This document shows positions 1 through 13,579 of a DNA stretch of 64,000 nucleotides, in pieces; the stretch's first letter is position 1; the number at the start of each line of letters is the position of its first letter. Position numbers and translations under genes: made by a program. This stretch comes from Chiloscyllium plagiosum (taxonomy: Eukaryota): contig NC_057719.1 of NCBI RefSeq assembly GCF_004010195.1, positions 72,700,088-72,764,087 on the forward strand. The letters run 5' to 3'. The notes below the pieces were generated by a model. It saw only the letters and a list, made by a program, of their open reading frames with translations, made no database searches and was not told where the DNA came from.

Positions 1-792
1 AGTTGGGCTGAGGAGTGGCAGATGGAGTTCAACCCTGCCAAGTGTGAGGTTGTCCATTTTGGAAGAACAAATAAGAATGCGGAATACAGGGTTAATGGTA
101 GGGTTCTTAGTCAGGTGGAGGAACAGAGGGATCTTGGGGTCTATGTACATAGATCTTTGAAGGTTGCCACTCAGGTGGATAGAGTTTGTAAGAAGGCCTA
201 TGGAGTATTATCGTTCATTAGCAGAGGGATTGAATTCAAGAGTCGTGAAGTGATGTTGCAGCTGTACAGGACTTTGGTTAGGCCACATTTGGAGTACTGT
301 GTGCAGTTCTGGTCGCCTCACTTTAGGAAAGATGTGGAAGCTTTGGAGAGGGTGCAGAGAAGATTTACCAGGATGTTGCCTGGAATGGAGCATAGGTCGT
401 ACGAGGATAGGTTGAGAGTGCTAGACTTTTTCTCGTTGGAACGGCGAAGGATGAGGGGTGACTTGATCGAGGTTTATAAGATGATCAGAGGAATAGATAG
501 AGTAGACAGTCAGAAAACTTTTTCCCTGGGTACAACAGAGTGTTACAAGGGGACATAAATTTAAGGTGAAGGGTGGAAGGTATAGGGGAGATGTCAGGGG
601 TGGGTTCTTTACCCAGAGAGTGGTGGGGGCATGGAATGCGCTGCCTGTGGGAGTGGTAGAGTCAGAATCTTTGGTGACCTTTAAGCGGCAATTGGATAGG
701 TACATTGATGGGTGCTTAAGCTAGGACAAATGTTCGGCACAACATCGTGGGCCGAAGAGCCTGTTCTGTGCTGTATTGTTCTATGTTCTATG
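1..792 (+). mobile_element. CR1-clade LINE (HER1-like) 3' fragment: ORF2 C-terminus, 3' UTR and microsatellite tail
   Basis: ORF 22..558 has CR1 ORF2 C-terminal motifs ([52 protein letters not shown]); it ends in a (GTTCTAT)n-type tail near 775-792. Confidence 0.92.
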
Positions 793-3384
793 GACTAAGG
801 CTTTTGCAGTGCAGGCAGTCCACAGGTTCTATTCACAAGTCAATTTGAATGCAAGTCGAAACACAATGCAGGATAGTATAAGACAACCATTATAAGTAGA
901 GGTAATGTTTACATGTTGGATATTTAAAATTACACCTCTCTATGAAAATGCAGTGAGTACAAACGCTCATAAGTCAAATGCTAGTAATTTGGGGCTCCCA
1001 GTATCTGATTGATAAAATCAATATGAAGGAAAAAAGTTAATCAACATTATTTTGGATTGGTTAACAATACAGAAATCTGTCCTCTGGAATGCCCATGAAA
1101 GTTTAGTAAAGCTTACTTTTAGAAAGATATGTAATTATTCAGCAAATCTAGCAAAAAGTTCAAATGTTGAATCAGATTACAAATGTGCAAGCAGGATTAG
1201 CACCTAAAAAAGGTACAGTACTAGAAACCTAGTTGAAAACCAACCAGCTAAATTGCAACAGTAAACACAGGACTGGGGTTCTTTTCAGACTTGTAGACTG
1301 TGATGCACTTGTTTTGTATGCAAGTATGTAAAGCCAAACAATTTCTCTTGCTAATTTGCAGTCTCTCACAGGTTGACTGAAGCTTTAATGTTTTTTTCAC
1401 AATGAACAATACAGCACGAGTTTTGCTGTACAATTCTCATAAATAAACAGTAATCTCTTGAAGATTGAGAGATAATAGCTCCAGTATGAAAACAACTTGA
1501 AATTGATATAGTAATTACATTAAGTATACAATTAAAAATATTAACAGAGATTAAGAAATTAATCTATTGGCTTTAATTGCATACCAGCTCTAAATTTCTG
1601 CCTTGCTGTGAGGCATTAGTATATTCTAACTCTTGTTCTTTTCCCTGAAATTATATTTGTTGCTCGTTTACTACTTGGACCTATAATTATCAGGCAAAGA
1701 AAGATAATACTTACAAGTCATTCCAATGGAAAACTAAGCTGTCAGTAGGGCAAGATGAAATGCAACAGCTGATTTAATGCAACAGCTTTCCAAACTCTAC
1801 ATCTGTTCCACAGCCTGAAATCATTCTCTACATTTACACCATCAGCTAAATGAAAACATACTCTGCATTTATAAACAATGCAGGAGGGCTGATTTCAAAA
1901 CTTGGCTCTTTGAACACTTTAAAATAAGAGCTGATAAAGGAAGTACTTTGAAAAGCTAGGACTTTTTAAACACATCTTTAGGCTAGTTATTTAATTCAAA
2001 TTATAATTATTTTTATGATGACATATAGTAAAGTTGCAAAGATAGAGACGTTTCCAAATTTGCATTCTGGAAACTTTATCAGTTTGTAGCTTATTTACTC
2101 ATCATTTTTCTTCCAGACATATGTATTACTTATTTATAACTTATTGATGGTGTAAAGATTGAATTAAATTATAAGTATGTAATACAGCAAAACATGATCA
2201 AACCAAAACATCAAACTTTCTAAAGGTTACTGCCCTTGCAAAAATAGACAAAAGACAGACATTTCCATTAGTCAGGGTACAAATGCCTAAAAACTAAAAT
2301 GTAAACATGTACTGCATTATTGAAGCTTTTCTCATGCTTTCCTTAAATGTCACTATCAACTTACGGAATGAAATGTGAAGTAATGATTCATTACATATTT
2401 TCATTGCCAGCACATGTCATGTGAGGATAGTTTTGTATGGCCAGTCTCCAAACAAATCATGTTACAAACAATATAAAGCTTAAAATAAGCATAAGTAGTG
2501 CCACATCCAAAGTCTCAATGATCCATGCACAGAAACTGGAGTGTGAGATTCAGTCCCTAGAGCCTGTTTCACCACTGAAGTAGAATGTCGCTGGCCTGTT
2601 AGTGGCCAAGCACAAACAGCGAGCATCCAACCCACCAGCTTCGTTAACCATTACCTTATCCATTTCCAGCAGGATGCGCAAATCCAAGACCAAACTGTTG
2701 AGTCACCATAGGACCCAAAGGTCCACAGTGGGAAGTCAGTCATTCTCGGTCTCAATGGACTGACCAAGGAGAAATGGTTCTCATGAGAGCTTTGAACAGC
2801 TTTAATCTAACTTTCACCCTCTTGTGCTCCAACCCTTGAAAACAAATCTAACACTCCATTTGCTTTTTAAATTATTTCTTGTGCCTGTCCTACAGCTTTT
2901 GTAAATTTTAGCATTATGACCCATAAATGTCTCTCCATCCACAGTTCCTAGTTTCTTTCCATTTAGTGAATACTCCAATTTGCCTTAAGGTCTTAAATAA
3001 ATGACCCTATTTCCCAATTGTCCCAATTTAACTCCAATTGTCCCAGTTCTGCACACTCATTACATCAAAGTCCCTTTCCAAATTTCTGCTCCCATATGTA
3101 CTGCTTTCTGTATCACCTAAATTACAGGTAACCTGAAACTTGGATATTTGACTTTGTATACCTTTATCCAAATCATTTATACACAAAGGTCAGAGGGAGA
3201 AAGGAAATAACTTATAGGCCAGTTAGCCTGAGTTCATTTTCCAGAAAAATATAATGGGTATGCTAAATAGGATATTTTTAGAAAAATATAGGAGCTCCAA
3301 ATCAGGCATCGTCAGCTAATGTCAGCACCAGAAGTGTATTTTACCATTTTATGGTAAAGTACATTCCTGACTATCATTATTGTA

Positions 3385-3714
3385 CAGGTACACAATCCTT
3401 TATCCGAAATGCTTGGGACTAGCTGGTTTTCGGAATTGTTCGAATTTCGGAATAAGTGACGTTTTGACGGTGAAATTTTAAATAATCTTACTGAACAACA
3501 CTATGAATAATACGGGCCCTGAGACAGAATTGAGGCATGCCAATGCTGGGCCATGCCCACTCACGTTGCATCTGAGTGACATGCATCGAGTGGATGCGGA
3601 GGTGGGTTAACTGCTTGCACACCAAACAACCTTGTTAAAAGAGGAAAAACCTTCAGAAAAAAAACCTTTGGATTTCGGAGCTTTTCAGATTTTAGATAAA
3701 AGGATATCTACCTA
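3385..3714. mobile_element. Non-autonomous Tc1/mariner-pogo (Tigger-like) DNA transposon / MITE
   Basis: Imperfect terminal inverted repeats CAGGTACACAATCCTTTATCCGAAA ... TTTAGATAAAAGGATATCTACCTA, flanked by TA on both sides; no ORF. Confidence 0.7.
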
Positions 3715-5719
3715 TACCATAGAGCCAAAAAGATTTAGTTTAATTAGTATAGGACAGTATGGCAGAAGCAGCACCAGATATATTTAAAAATGACGTGAGA
3801 TTACAATACCAAATTATGTGCACACTAAAGAGTAGAAGCAACTTGCAACACTGAATAAATCAGCCTTGCTACATCCAAACATGAATGCTGGTAGATAATT
3901 AAAATTAACAGAGGCAGTTCCACAGATATCCCCATGGTGCAGCCCAGTACACCAGTGCACAATATGAGGCTGAAGCAGGTGCAATTTTCTTCAGCTATTC
4001 AATTCACTCTACATGATAGCAAGAAATGGCTGGGTGCACTGATACAGCAAAGGCCACCACCCTAACAACATCCCACATGCAGTACTCAAGTCTCACATTC
4101 CAGAACTAGTCATGTTCCTTGCTAAGCTGTTCCAGTCAAGCTGGTCAGCATTATTTCATCGCTCAGTCCAGCATTTTCCTTTATACATATAAAGCATATA
4201 TATGATGCATTTTTGTTGATAGCTAAAAGCAACCAATTCAGAATGAAAGTTTTGCCACATCTGCTGTAATTAGAGTGGTTACTGGGTGTTGCTGTTTGTT
4301 ACTATGTGCTACCATGATAACCGAGAATGCCCAAACTTTTCAGTCATCAGCTGGTGTTTCCTTGGCGAAAGAATAAATGTTTAGGGCCTAATGTCATATT
4401 TGCAAGCATCCTTGAAGTAGAGCCTTGTGCATCCAACTAGTCATCTGATTCCAGTTATCTTGTCATACATAAAATCCTTAGGCATGCAACTGTTCTCCAT
4501 ATCACCACAATTGAGCTAGCAAAGTCAACACTGCTTATTGAGTGCTGACACACTTGGGAACTTCACCTTTCAGAGGCTGCATTTGAGATTTTCTCCTTCC
4601 ATGAGATGTCTAGAACATTTCAGAAATAGGCAAGTTGAAAGCTTTTAAAGTTTCCTTTCTTCATAGCTGCGAGTCACCCATGTTTCATGCAAGGTGCTTA
4701 GAATGCACGTCTCCTAAACCACAAACTGGTTTGAAGAGTTAGTTTGAAAGTGTTTCATGGAAATTTCATGTTTCAAGCAAACATAATAGTTGCTTTTCTT
4801 TTATACATATAAAATCTTGCATCAAGAGATAAATTGCCTATCACCCATGGTAACAGAATTTTCTTACCAACAGGATATTATTTTATAAAATCAAAGCAGA
4901 GATGTGACAACAGTTCAATGGCCATACATTTCTTGAACAGAGAGAATACATTACAGGCTTGGAAAAGATAATCCATACGTGGATAAGTTTCTGTTTGAGT
5001 GGTTAGCATAGTATTATCAATATAGAGGAGTCCTCTGAGCCAATACAGCTACAACTCTGCCAGACGAATAAAAAATTACACAGGTGTATCCTATCTAAAA
5101 CAAATAGGCTAAATCCAACAAATAACTGCCCGATTTCTCAAATCATCGGTTAAGTGATTAAAGTGTTATCAAAAGCTCTAGCAAACATAACTTACTTGAC
5201 AATAACATTCTCACCAAAACTTAGTTTGGATTCCACCAAAACTATTGGACTCGTGACCCCATTGGAGCCTTGGCGCAAATATAATAAAACCTGAATTCAA
5301 CAGGTATGCTTGAATGCCCCATGATATCAAGTGCAAGACAAAGTTACCATTATAAAATTAAAATCAATGGAGTAGGTATAAGGGGATTTTCCACTAGTTG
5401 GAGTCACAGCAGCTTTAAAAGCAAAACTGAAGTTACGATCAGGAAGAAACCAAGGCACTTAGATGCTCCAGCACACACTTTAAAAGATGCAAACTGTAAA
5501 CTGTAAATTAGAACACATGCAAGCTGTTTAGCTCATGGAAAGTGGTCTGAGTATCAAGTTGTTGAGGGTGGCTAGTAACTTTACCAGATGAAACTACAGT
5601 TATTCAAAATGCACTGCCTTTTCCAGGACAATAGGAATGGATATTAAATCAATACCCTGTCAGTGATGCCCATATCTCACGATGAAAGAAACACAGTGCA
5701 CTCAGAATGTCATAAGACA

Positions 5720-6420
5720 ATTGACCATCTACTGAAAAGCATACAGGTTAGGTAAGTGGACAAGATCATACAATGTAGTGAAATGGAAGCTTAGCCACTC
5801 GTTTGGAACAAATAAAAAAGTGGATTTTTTTAAAAATATGAAGAGATTTGGAAATATTTTTATTCACAGGAATTTTGAGTTCCTTATGTAAATGAACCAC
5901 AGAATATTAATATCCAGGTATCACAAGCAGTTAGGCAAACAAATGATATGTTAGCCTTTATTCCAAATTGAAGTCTTATTGCCATTGTTTTGGGCCTTGA
6001 TGAGACTATACTTGGAGTATCATGTATAATTTACATTTTATATATATATAGATGGATGAATCTACTTGCTTTACTAGGAGGCCATAAAGGTTCACCTGAC
6101 TGATTCCTGGTCTAAATAGGATTGACAAGGTAGAGACAAGGAGGATATTTTCCTTGGCTGGCAAAATCTAGAAGAAGGAATCACAGTCTCGGGACATAAA
6201 GGTCTGAAATGCAAAAAAATTTCTTCAAAGGCTTGTAAAATTTCTTCAAAAGAAAATAAATATTTCAAATTTTCCATCCCAGTGAATTGTGGATGTGCAT
6301 TCGTTTCAAATACTCATATCAGATTAACATTTTTGTTTCAGAGAATCTGGGTATGTGGGAAAGCATGGCTTAAGTGGCTGCTCATGAGAAAAGAAAGCAG
6401 ACTTGAAAGACGAAATGAGT
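5720..6420 (+). mobile_element. Highly decayed CR1-like LINE 3' fragment
   Basis: Degenerate CR1 motifs (gggccttgatgagactatacttggagtatcat; ggttcacctgactgattcctgg). Confidence 0.6.
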
Positions 6421-8689
6421 AAACCCCATACATAGTGTTAGCGTTCTTACAATTGAAAATCCAAGATCGCAAAACACAGGTTAATCATTGGTGAACACCA
6501 TTAGTCACAACCTGTTAAATTGAGTCCATTATTCCCACTTCAAACCTTCTGATTTCCTAAGCAATTCATTACTCGAGTAGTTAAATTGATTCAAATTCCG
6601 TGAACTCTTATTTTTGTTATCCTTGTGTGGGAATGTCAAGTGTCTCTAGAAATCCACATGAATAACATCCACAGATCCTTCCTTATCTATCATGCTAGTG
6701 ACCTTTTGAAAAGGGTTGACTCATTTTGATATGGCATACTCCTTACAAATCCATGCGATTTCTCTCTGATCAATTCATATTGGCTCAGATGGTCAGGCAG
6801 TCTATTCCAGTCACAGTAAGTACCCAGTTTAAAGTCAGTCAACTGTTTGGGGCTTGAATTCTCACTTAGGATTATGGATTTCATTGTCAAGGGATTCTGC
6901 ACCACTTAGGTGTGAGAGACAGTCTGAACCAGTCTGGTGCAGCCTCTTTCACTAACTCTTTCTCTCACTGATCCTTCCTTTTGCTCAATATCCTGCTCAC
7001 TGATTCTTTCTTTTGTTTACTGCTTTCCTCTCCTGAACTCTCAACTGTGAGCAAGGAATAGGAGATCAGCAGTGACAGGAGAGGATGTGGTGGGCAGTTA
7101 AGTTTAAGAACAAAATCTTGAGTGCAAGGATCAGTGAAAGGAAGGGCATAGGGGTGGCAAAGGACACAAGACCAGAGGGTGAGCTAAAAGGTTGCAAGCC
7201 TGGAGGATCAGCCAGCTGAGTGGAGGGTAAGAGATGGCAGAGACCATAAGCCCAGGAGGACCGACAATGAGTGCATAGTTAGAGAGTATGAGAAACCAGA
7301 GGGTTGGCAGCAAAAGTGCAGTGCAGCAAACGAGAGGTTCACGACACAGAATTGGCAGAGAATGGCAGTCGATAGAAAATTACTACCTTTCATATGTTCA
7401 TTAAAATAATTTGAGTTATTTCATTTAGCAATACAGAAAGTCAACAAAGATAGGTATTTCAACTTAAAGGTTACAATGTTTTAAGATTTCATTTCTGAAA
7501 GAAAAGGCTTCAGAGAACCTATCATAGCTTTGATAATAATTTAAATGAGAAATTCACTTAATGTTGTTTCACTTCAAGCGGACTTTAAAAAAAACATACC
7601 ATGAAGCGAAGACTTCCTGTAACATATTGTACTGACTTGACACAGCTGCATTCAGGCTAATAGGATGATAAATTCCTAGTTTCTCTCTCCAACCTTTCTT
7701 AAATACTAGTGACACTGGTTGCTTCTCAATTCAAAGGAACAAAACAATTTCTTAAAATTAGTTCATGGGATGGAAGTACCTCTGACTAGGCCAGCATTTA
7801 TTATCCATTTCCTATTTTCTTCAAGAAATGAGTTGCCTTCTTAAAAGTGAGTTACAGTCCTTGTGGCATAAGTGTACTCAATAGTTCAGGAACAGACTTC
7901 CTGGATTTTCAGCCAGTGACCATGAAGGAATAGCCATATAATTCTAAGTCAGGATGATGTGTGGCTAGGAGGGGAACATGCTCCCAGACATCTGCAGTCT
8001 TTACTCTTCCAACAATAAAAAATTTGGAAGATCATAATTAACAATTCCTTCAATTCTTTTAAAATCTTGTAGTAGGAAACAGTGTTTCCTGGTTGAGTGC
8101 AGTTCCAACAACATGCCACAAGTTTGACACCATTCAGGATGAAATCTGACTGGCAAACATTCACTCCCTCCACCACTGACACACAGTAACAGTAGTGCAT
8201 CTGATCTACAAGATGCACTACAGAGATTCACCAAGGTTCCTCAGACAGACTTTAGAAATCCATCATCACTATCTAGGAGGACATAGGAACACCTCCATCT
8301 GCAAATTCCCCTCCAAGCCACTCACCATCATGACTTGGAAATATATTGCCATTCTATCAGTGTTGCTGTGTCAAAATCTGTAACTTCTTCTCTAATTGTA
8401 TTTTGGGTAAATCCATATTAAAAGATTGTAGGGGTTCAAGTAGGCAACTCAATACAGGTACTCAAAAGGTAATTAAGGACAGGCAGTAAGTGCTGGCCCA
8501 AGCAGTGAAGCCCATGTCCCATGAATGAATAAAAAAAATTGGCTTTTCATGAGTTTTTGTTACATATAGTGTGGTCATGACTAAAATAGCCATTATTTAT
8601 GTGACAGCAATAAAAACAAAAGGATAGAAGGCTATGCTTCAATTATACTGGGCCCTGTAGAGATATACCTTATGGTATGTGCCCAGTGT

Positions 8690-9850
8690 ATGAGCAGAAA
8701 TTAGGCCATTCAGTCAATCTAGTCTCCTCCGCCATTCAATCACAGCCGATAAGTTTCTGAACCCTATTCTCCTGCTTTAACCCTTGATCCCCATGACAAT
8801 CAAGAACCTATCTACCTCTGTCTTAAATATACTCAATGACTTGGCCTCCGCAGTGTTCTGTGCAATTAATTCTACAGATTCACCACTCTCTGGCTGAAGA
8901 AATTTCTCCTTATCTTTATTCTAAAGGACTTCCCTTTACTCTAAGGCTGGCCCTTGGGTCCTAGTCTCTCCTATCAATGGGGATACCTTCCCAACATCCA
9001 CTCTGTCCATGCTATTCAGTATTCTTTAAGTTTCTGTTAGATCCTCCCTCACCATTCTAAACTCTATCGAGTATAGACCCAGAGTCCTCAAATGTTCTTC
9101 CTATATTAAGCCTTTCACTCCTGGGATCATTCTCGTGAACCTTCTCTGAACCCAGTCAAAGGCCAGCACATCCTCCCTGACATATGGGGCCCAAAAGTGT
9201 TCACACTACTCTAAATGTGGTCTGGTCAGAGCTTTATAAAGCCTCAGAAATATATCCCTGCTTTTATATTTTAGCCCTCTCAAAATAAATGCCAACATTG
9301 TATTTATCTTCCTAACTACTGACTCAACCTGTAAGAGAATCCTGGACTAGAACTCTCAAGTCCCTCTGCACTTGTAGATTTCTGAATTTTCTCCCTATTT
9401 AGAAAATAATCCATGTCTTTCTTCTTCTTAACAAAATGCATGACCTCACACTTTCCCACATTGCATTCCAGCTGCCACTTCTTTGCCCACTCTCCTAACC
9501 TATCTAAATCCTTCCACAGCCTCCCCACCTAAATACTACCTGCCCCTCTACTTATCTTTGTATCATCTACAAACTTAGCCAGAATGCCCTCAGTTCTTCA
9601 TCTCGATCATCACTGTACAAACGAGTTCAGTGACCCTTGTGGAACACCACTAGTCATCAGCTGTCACTCTGAGAATGACCTTTTTATCCCCACTTTCTAT
9701 TTTCTGCCAGACAGCCAATCTTCTATCCATGCTAGTACTGTGCCTCTAACACCATGAGCCATTATCTTACTCAGCAGCCTCCTATGCAGCACCTTGTCAA
9801 AGGCTTTCTTGAAGTCCAGATAGATAACATTCATTGGCGCTCATTGGTCC
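8690..9850 (-). mobile_element. CR1-like LINE fragment (RT C-terminus to 3' UTR)
   Basis: ORF 9316..9528 DLDRLGEWAKKWQLECNVGKCEVMHF; reverse-complement 3' UTR near 8690-8800. Confidence 0.85.
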
Positions 9851-10319
9851 ATTTAAGACAGAGATGAAAAGACATTTATTTCTGAGAGTTGAGAGTCTTC
9901 AAAATTCTCTTCCTCAAAAGGCAGTAGAAGCAGAAGCTTTTAATATTTCTAAGACAGCAGTAGGTAGGTGCTTGATAAGCAAAGGGGTGAAAGTTCATAG
10001 TGGGTAATCAGGAATGTGAAGTTGAGATCAGCCATGAATATATTGAATTTGGGAGCAGGGCTAGATGGTCAACCCCGTTCTAAACTTATACATTTGTATA
10101 CTTACCTTATAGGTCTGTACATCAAAATTGTATACAAGTATAAATAATTAGCACAAACAAATTAAGTTATATACTGGACAACATGACTTTTAAACAGTGT
10201 TTTACAATGCTCAACTCACTTCAAATACATAAATATAAAGCTTGTTTCTTACTCTCACACTTAGAAATTTATGAACAGAGCTCTTATAATGTACTAATAT
10301 TGAAGGAATTAGTAGACTC

Positions 10320-10848
10320 TGTCATGCTATTCCCCCTTCAGTTGAAGCAAAACGCAGAGACACAGCGTAGTTTTACCTCCATCTTTATTCCGGGCACTGG
10401 AGGGAGAGAGAACGATCACCCATGTGCACAGAGACATGAGTTCACCGTCAACTCTGGAACAGCAGTTTCTCAGTGAACGATAGTCATTTTACAGGGAAGA
10501 GCACGCAGATAAGGCAACATGTATACTAATTGGGTGATCATTACAATTAACGAGTATCAATAGTAAAGATTAAGCCATCTGCTGTGACCCAATGAATAAC
10601 TGACTTCACATAATGAATATATATCACCTTGTTAACTGATGTTACATACTGAATGTTACCTCATCTTGTTAAATGGCTCTACATAATGAATGCTTTTCTA
10701 CTTGTTAACCCATTATCCTTGCCTCCAGCACCCCATTGCTAACTGCAAGTTCTTATCTGATCTGAGTCATGCTCAGCTGAACCTTTTGTTCCACAAAATT
10801 CAGAACTTAACTCTTTCCCTGCCTACTTATACCCTATACACATTCTCA
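10320..10848 (-). repeat. 3' LTR of the ERV-like element
   Basis: TG...CA termini on the - strand; AATAAA (tttatt on + near 10384); internal ~70-bp-spaced cataatgaat...cttgttaa repeats; roughly 85-90% identical by eye to 14125-14653. Confidence 0.92.
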
Positions 10849-10860
10849 TTCCCTCCTTTT
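10849..10860 (-). other. Polypurine tract (PPT)
   Basis: - strand AAAAGGAGGGAA immediately precedes TGAGA at the start of the 3' LTR. Confidence 0.88.
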
Positions 10861-11203
10861 ATCATTTCATGATAATGAATGGCACTACCAAGTTTCAAAG
10901 ACTGACAGCCATTATTTAAGCAAGTTATTGACACACAGCACACAATGATTATAACAACAAAAATACTAGTCTGTTACAGTAAATAGAATTTGAATCCTAC
11001 CCCCATGTGGGAAAAAAATTCACCAGTAACGTTCTTAAATTCCCAGTCCTTACTGACCACTCCATCCCTTCCAAGTAGAGTGGAAATGAGCCAGTTCTCC
11101 AAAATCTCCTTTAGTAAAGTCCAATCTCAAAACAAAATTCAGTGTGTCCTTGTGCATCACTTCACGGAGAAATCTGATTTCTTGCATAATGGCAGTTAAA
11201 TAC

Positions 11204-11515
11204 TTAACAAAACTGACGAGACTTCCATCCTTCCGGAAATGCTTCAAATGGAAGATATCAGCGCATCTGAGTGTGCAGTGCAGCAGTTGCAGCAGCAGGC
11301 CAGGTGAATGCAGCATTCTTTGCTGCTTCTGCTTCTGTTCTACCATTAAATGTAACAAAGCCAACTGACTGTTTTGATGTTAGCTTGATCAGTGTATCTT
11401 CATATTCCTTAAATGATCGAAAGAAAAGGTAAAGCTCACATGGTTTAATGTTCATAGGAAGGCCACTGACACTTCACTGTTCACTGTTGTTAACTTCTTC
11501 ACTTTTCGTGCTCAT
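11204..11515 (-). pseudogene. Processed, internally deleted RBPMS/RBPMS2-family pseudogene (RRM RNA-binding protein)
   Basis: One frame reads [101 protein letters not shown]. This matches the RBPMS-family RRM ([39 protein letters not shown]) and C-terminus (GWKSRQFC). No introns, two in-frame stops. The parent paralogue cannot be resolved by eye. Confidence 0.9.
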
Positions 11516-12024
11516 GACTGATTGAATCCGTTAGATCAGGCTGTGGATGGGTGGGTGGTGGTCCAAGGGCGTGCTTTACCTGTGAATGGAGAAACTCTGG
11601 AGAAACTCTAGAGAAGATGTTAGCAGCTGAAAACAGCTTTGCATTTCCTCTCTCATTCCTTCCTTACCAAGGCGGATATCAGTATGAACACAGTCACACA
11701 TTTAACTACACTAAATGGTGTATGCCCATTTCAACCTTCTCAGTTATCTTGAAGTCTGTTACTTTGTTCACTATTTATGACATTATCAAGTTTTATACAG
11801 TCCATAAACTTCTAAATTATACTGCTTAAACAATTCAGTTAATTATAAACAACAATCAATGGTCCTAAAAATCAAACCCTTGGGTACCTCAGTCAGGTTA
11901 TTCAAAAATTACTTTTCTTTATCAAATTGATATTTAGCTAATGTGAAAGCTGTCAGGAAAAGTATTTTCAAAGTCTAGAACAGCAAGAAAACAACAAAAT
12001 GTTTCCTGTGCTTTAGCAATTACA

Positions 12025-12625
12025 GTCATAGAGACATACAGCATGGACTCAGACCCTTCAGTCCAACTTGTCCATGCCGACCAGATAGCCCAACCCAATC
12101 TCGTCCCACCTGCCCGACCCATAGCCCTCCAAAACTATCCAGATGCCTTTTAAATGTTACAATTGTATTAGCCTCCACCACTTCCTCTGGCAGCTCATTC
12201 CATTCACACACCACCCTCTGTGTGAAAAGTTGCCCCTTAGGTCTCTTTTATATCTTTCCCCTCTCACCCTAAACCTATGCCCTCTAGTTCTGGACTCCCG
12301 ACCCCAGGGAAAAGGCTTTGTCTGTTTATCCTATCCATGCCCTTCATGATTTTATAAACCTCTACAAGGTCACCCCTCAGCTTCCAACACTCCAGGGAAA
12401 TCAGCCCTCACCTATTCAACCTCTCCTGATAGCTCAAATCCTCCAACCCTGGCAACATCCTTGTAAATCTTTTCTGAACCTTTCCAAGTTTCACAACAAC
12501 CTTCTGATAGGAAGGAGACCGGAATCGCACACAATACACCAAAAGTGGCCTAATCAATGTCTCATACAGCCGCAACATGACCTCCCAACTCCTGTACTCA
12601 ATACTCTGACCAATAAAGGAAAGAT
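12025..12625 (-). mobile_element. CR1/HER1-like LINE 3' fragment nested inside the LTR element
   Basis: ORFs 12408..12653 (LSFIGQSIEYRSWEVMLRLYETLIRPLL...RFTRMLPGLEDLSY) and 12026..12214 (WNELPEEVVEA); typical 3' UTR. Confidence 0.9.
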
Positions 12626-13579
12626 GCAGTTTCAGTTCAGATTTAAATCTCAAATATTCATGGGAAACAAATACAGGATATTTTAAATGTGTTCTCCAAA
12701 TGAAACTTACTAAATAAAAACAGTCGGAATTACAGTGGCAATTTTGGAAAAAGTCAACACTCTTTGAATTTGCAGTATGAAGGGGGTCAATGAGGTCTTA
12801 ACAATAATTAACAGAATTTAAGCAGTTCAGCCTCAAGTTCTAATATTCTCTAAAAAAACTTAACAAAACATCAAACTAAAAATGCACTCTTCTTTTTGTG
12901 TTAATTCTGCATTAAAACACAGCAGCAAAGATATTTTAATACAATACTCTCATCTGGCTAAAACATGACTACTGACCCAACTGTTTTGTTTTAACAGGCA
13001 TTGTAGAATTTCAATAAATCAGGGGATCAAGGTACTCAATCAATTTGCTTTAAGGTTACATGTTTGATCATTTTAAAAAGGACACAATATTCAATTTCAA
13101 ATGTAAAAACAAATTCTGCCCCATTACATTGGCCACATTACACACTGACATCCTGATTCAAATAAGGCAAAACAGTTACTTCAAAAGGATTTTCTGAACC
13201 AGTATTTTAACAAACCAAAATTTTTAAACAATTCTCTCAGCATGGCACCATCTAAATTGCAACTTTCCTTTTTCAATCCAGTATTAGTACGACCTTAATT
13301 TCAGAGTTTCTGGTCTTCATTTCTTTTTTCGCATCCTCTCACTGGAATTACACTTATAAAAAGAGAAATCCCTCGCAGCGGACCACATGGTGCTGCAATC
13401 CAAGCCACTCTCTTCCCCCAGAACAAAGATTCACAGAGCCTCAAATTTCGCCACTAGGGGACTTTAACCCCTTTCTCACTTTGCTTGAACCCTACTTAAA
13501 CGCAGAAAACTCAAACCTTGCTTAAACACAGAGCTCAAAGCTCATTTAAACACAGAAAACTCAACCTCAGCACAGTACG

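Noticed and set aside
10101..10125. cttaccttataggtctgt resembles the element's splice-donor region at 14020
   Set aside because: Only about 14 of 18 nt match, it lies outside the TSD-bounded element and the similarity does not extend; probably chance.
11830..13130. Possible decayed gag in the LTR element (MGQN-like start near 13123, PPSY-like motif near 12780)
   Set aside because: Motifs are too short and surrounded by stops; this needs a TBLASTN/HMM search before any call.
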